Source of the DNA: Eledone cirrhosa
Lineage: Eukaryota
NCBI GenBank assembly: GCA_964016885.1
Contig: OZ024743.1
Span: forward strand, 44,144,001-44,208,000
Length of the DNA stretch: 64,000 nt
Direction: 5' to 3'
This document shows, one piece after another, positions 61,539 to 64,000 of the stretch (positions within the stretch are counted from its first letter, which is position 1; every line of letters starts with the position of its first letter). A model generated the notes under the pieces. That model did not search any database. It saw nothing but the letters and a program-made list of their open reading frames with translations, and was not told where the DNA came from. A program made the position numbers and the translations under genes.

Positions 61539-62262
61539 GATGCAGCCCATTATGCCGTGTATGCAAAAAACAACCAGAGACCATTGACCATATAATTTCA
61601 ATGTGCAGTCCTATAGCTCCAACCGAATACCTAAACAGGCATGACAGAGCTGCACAATACATACATTGGATAATGTGTAAGCATTTTGACCTGCCCCATC
61701 AAAAGAATTGGTGGGAGCATCAACCACCTCCCATACTTGAAAAAGATCACATCTCAATCTTGTGGAACTTTAGCATCCAAACAGACCGAAAAATAGATGC
61801 AAATAGACCTGATATAATATTGAAGGACTTTAAAAAGCGGGTATGCCTGCTAATTGATATGTCCGTTCCAATAGACAAGAATGTATCTATAAAAACATTT
61901 GAAAAATTGAGCAAGTATAAGGACCTGGAGATAGAAATTGGAAAAATGTGGAAATTGAGAACTAAAACAATACCTGTGGTTGTAGGCGCTCTGGGAATAA
62001 TGCCTAAGGGGTCTAATGATTACTTATCGCAAATCCCAGGTAACCCGCGTATAGGAGAAATACAAAATATAGTACTAATGGGAACTGCCCATATACTAAG
62101 GAAGATTCTGTCAATATAAGTACATCACAAGTCTAAACACTAAAGATGCATGTGTGAGTATGTATGTTCTTTCTTGAACATGGCGGACCTTGTTGTCTCT
62201 TGAGGTCACTGGTTGTGACTTGGTGATAACTCGTATGAACATAAAGCAAGATAAATGCAACT
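61536..62262 (+). mobile_element. R4/Dong-like family 1 3' fragment (intact RLE frame 61601-62119)
   Basis: RHD, NRPDII, KYKDLEIEI. Confidence 0.92.
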
Positions 62263-62284
62263 GTAATAATAATAATAATAATAA

Positions 62285-62992
62285 TGCTTTCTTTATTAAC
62301 CACAAGGGTTTACATAAAGTAGACATTAAGGACAGTACATGACAATACAGGACGGTACAAATGTGCATTTCTGCGTGTAAAAAAAACAAAAAACAGAGGA
62401 TGTATTAAAAGAACAATGAAAGGTTCCCCAATAGGGGGGAGACTTCCGAGTGCCATCGTGGGGAAAGCCCATTAAAAAGAAGCCACGGTGACCCTGACCA
62501 CCACGGCAATTGTCCTCTCCCAGTTTTCCACCTTTAATTTAGTGGCATATACACAGAGTAGGTCTATTCACTCGGGCCATTCTTGCCTCTCTCACCCATC
62601 TTTCAACAAAAAGCTGGGAAGAGAGCACCTCCCTCTCTACCCTGATTTTCCATTTCAAATGAAATTGGAAAAAGTTAATCAGGGCATCACCGAAGAGGTA
62701 TGTGCTCGTCTTCAGCCCTTTCAGACACGTCCACCATACTATCTCTTTCGCCAGGGCCACCAGACAGATAAAAACTGCCTACCATTCCCGGCTAAAGGAA
62801 GAGGGCGGGGAAATCCACACGTGGACTCAGCTGATAGTCGGATCCGTTCTACACCCGATAGCAGGTGTTCGACATAAACCCACAAGTCAGCAATGCCCGG
62901 ACACTGGACGAGTGCATGCACGACGGTTTCGTCGCCTTGCGGGCATCTCGGACATGCCCGGCTGACGGCACCCCCATGCCTGTAGAGTTTAT
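62285..62992 (-). mobile_element. Tx1-like LINE 3' fragment
   Basis: HALVQC, AKEIVWWT..FFQFHLK, homologous to 52325-52909. Confidence 0.85.
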
Positions 62993-63106
62993 CCGACCCT
63001 CTACCGATACTGACAATGCGGGATTTGAACTCAGATCGTAAAGGGACGTAACCATGCTGGAAAGCATGGCGTCCGACTCTCTACCGATACTGCCAATCTA
63101 CCGCCC
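62993..63106 (-). mobile_element. Meta-domain-type SINE head fragments
   Basis: CCGACCCTCTACCGATACTG, GGATTTGAACTCAG. Confidence 0.8.
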
Positions 63107-63449
63107 TTAATAATAATAATAAAAAGGTACTATCTCAAAGAGTTTCCGAGGATGGTTAAAGAAGATTAGTTGTGTCCCGCTTTTTGGAACATTTCAAAAG
63201 GCATGCTTGCTGGGAACAGCAAGAACCCTCCGATACGTCCAGAATATCTGGGGCTGAACAATAATAATAATAATAATCGGGATATTTACTATAGGCACAA
63301 GGGCATCAATTTCTTTTGGTGGGGATCGATTAAATTCAGTCTAGTGCATTACTGGTGCTTTATTTTATCGACCCCATAAGGATGAAAGGCTTCGCCCCAA
63401 TAATAATAAAAATAATAATAATGAAATTGTTGCTGTTGTTGTTGATAAC

Positions 63450-64000
63450 ATGTCTTCCATCAGGAATAATCTTAATTCCTGTTTTAGTCAAAATAGCAGA
63501 CACATCAAGTGGTCTTAGGTATGATGACATTGTTTCCTTCCTTTCAGTTTATATCCATACCTCTCAATTTATCCTAGCCTTTCCAAGAAAACAATGTTTT
63601 TGTATCATTTCTACTGTAAGATTCAGTTCTAGATTGTTTTCATTGATTCATCAAAATTCAACGACTACTGCTATAATTTCCTTTTTTTTTATCTCCAACA
63701 CTTTTGAAATTTCATACTTCAACGTGTCGTAAATTGTTCATTGTTCCCCTTCCTTAATTTCTACGCAAGTATCAAGTGTCTAACAAATGACACGATTTAT
63801 TTGTCTTTTCGATTACAGTGATGTCAGGTCTATTATGATCTAGCCGTTTATTGGTTTGTAAAACATCTCCGGTACTTTCTCCGGTAAGCGCCTGTACTAT
63901 TTGTCTGCCTTGTCAAATTCCCACTTCTCACATTTTCCGGTGGATTACTTTGGTCACATTACCATATTCCTCCTTCTGGTATTCATTCTGACACTTATGA
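63450..64000 (-). mobile_element. Old R4/Dong-like RLE fragment
   Basis: Reverse complement encodes QTNKRLDHNRPDITVIEK...LKYEI. Confidence 0.6.

Overview
AT-rich eukaryotic DNA, very rich in (TA)n, (CA)n and (TAA)n microsatellites. The repeat repertoire resembles an octopus/coleoid cephalopod genome (inferred from recalled repeat consensus, not searched). One convincing host gene is present: a class A (rhodopsin-like) peptide GPCR with an intronless CDS at 31792-32910, preceded by a splice acceptor. The remainder is mostly retroelements. From about 1 to 49.5 kb there are Penelope-like elements (PLEs; RT + GIY-YIG), many short inverted-repeat PLE termini embedded in (TA)n tracts, tRNA-derived SINEs and RTE fragments. 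From about 49.8 to 64 kb there is a nested pile of R4/Dong-like (RT + CCHC + PD-D/ExK) and Tx1-like LINEs inserted in (TAA)n. The strongest hidden signal is about 25 type I hammerhead ribozyme (HHR) motifs, read by eye, from roughly a dozen unrelated repeat families. They include divergent double-HHR palindromes, HHRs with 40-110 nt stem II insertions, a U3-A8/GCAA core variant, and a 434-bp tandem retrozyme-like unit. All RNA folds were derived by manual base pairing, and none has been tested for cleavage.
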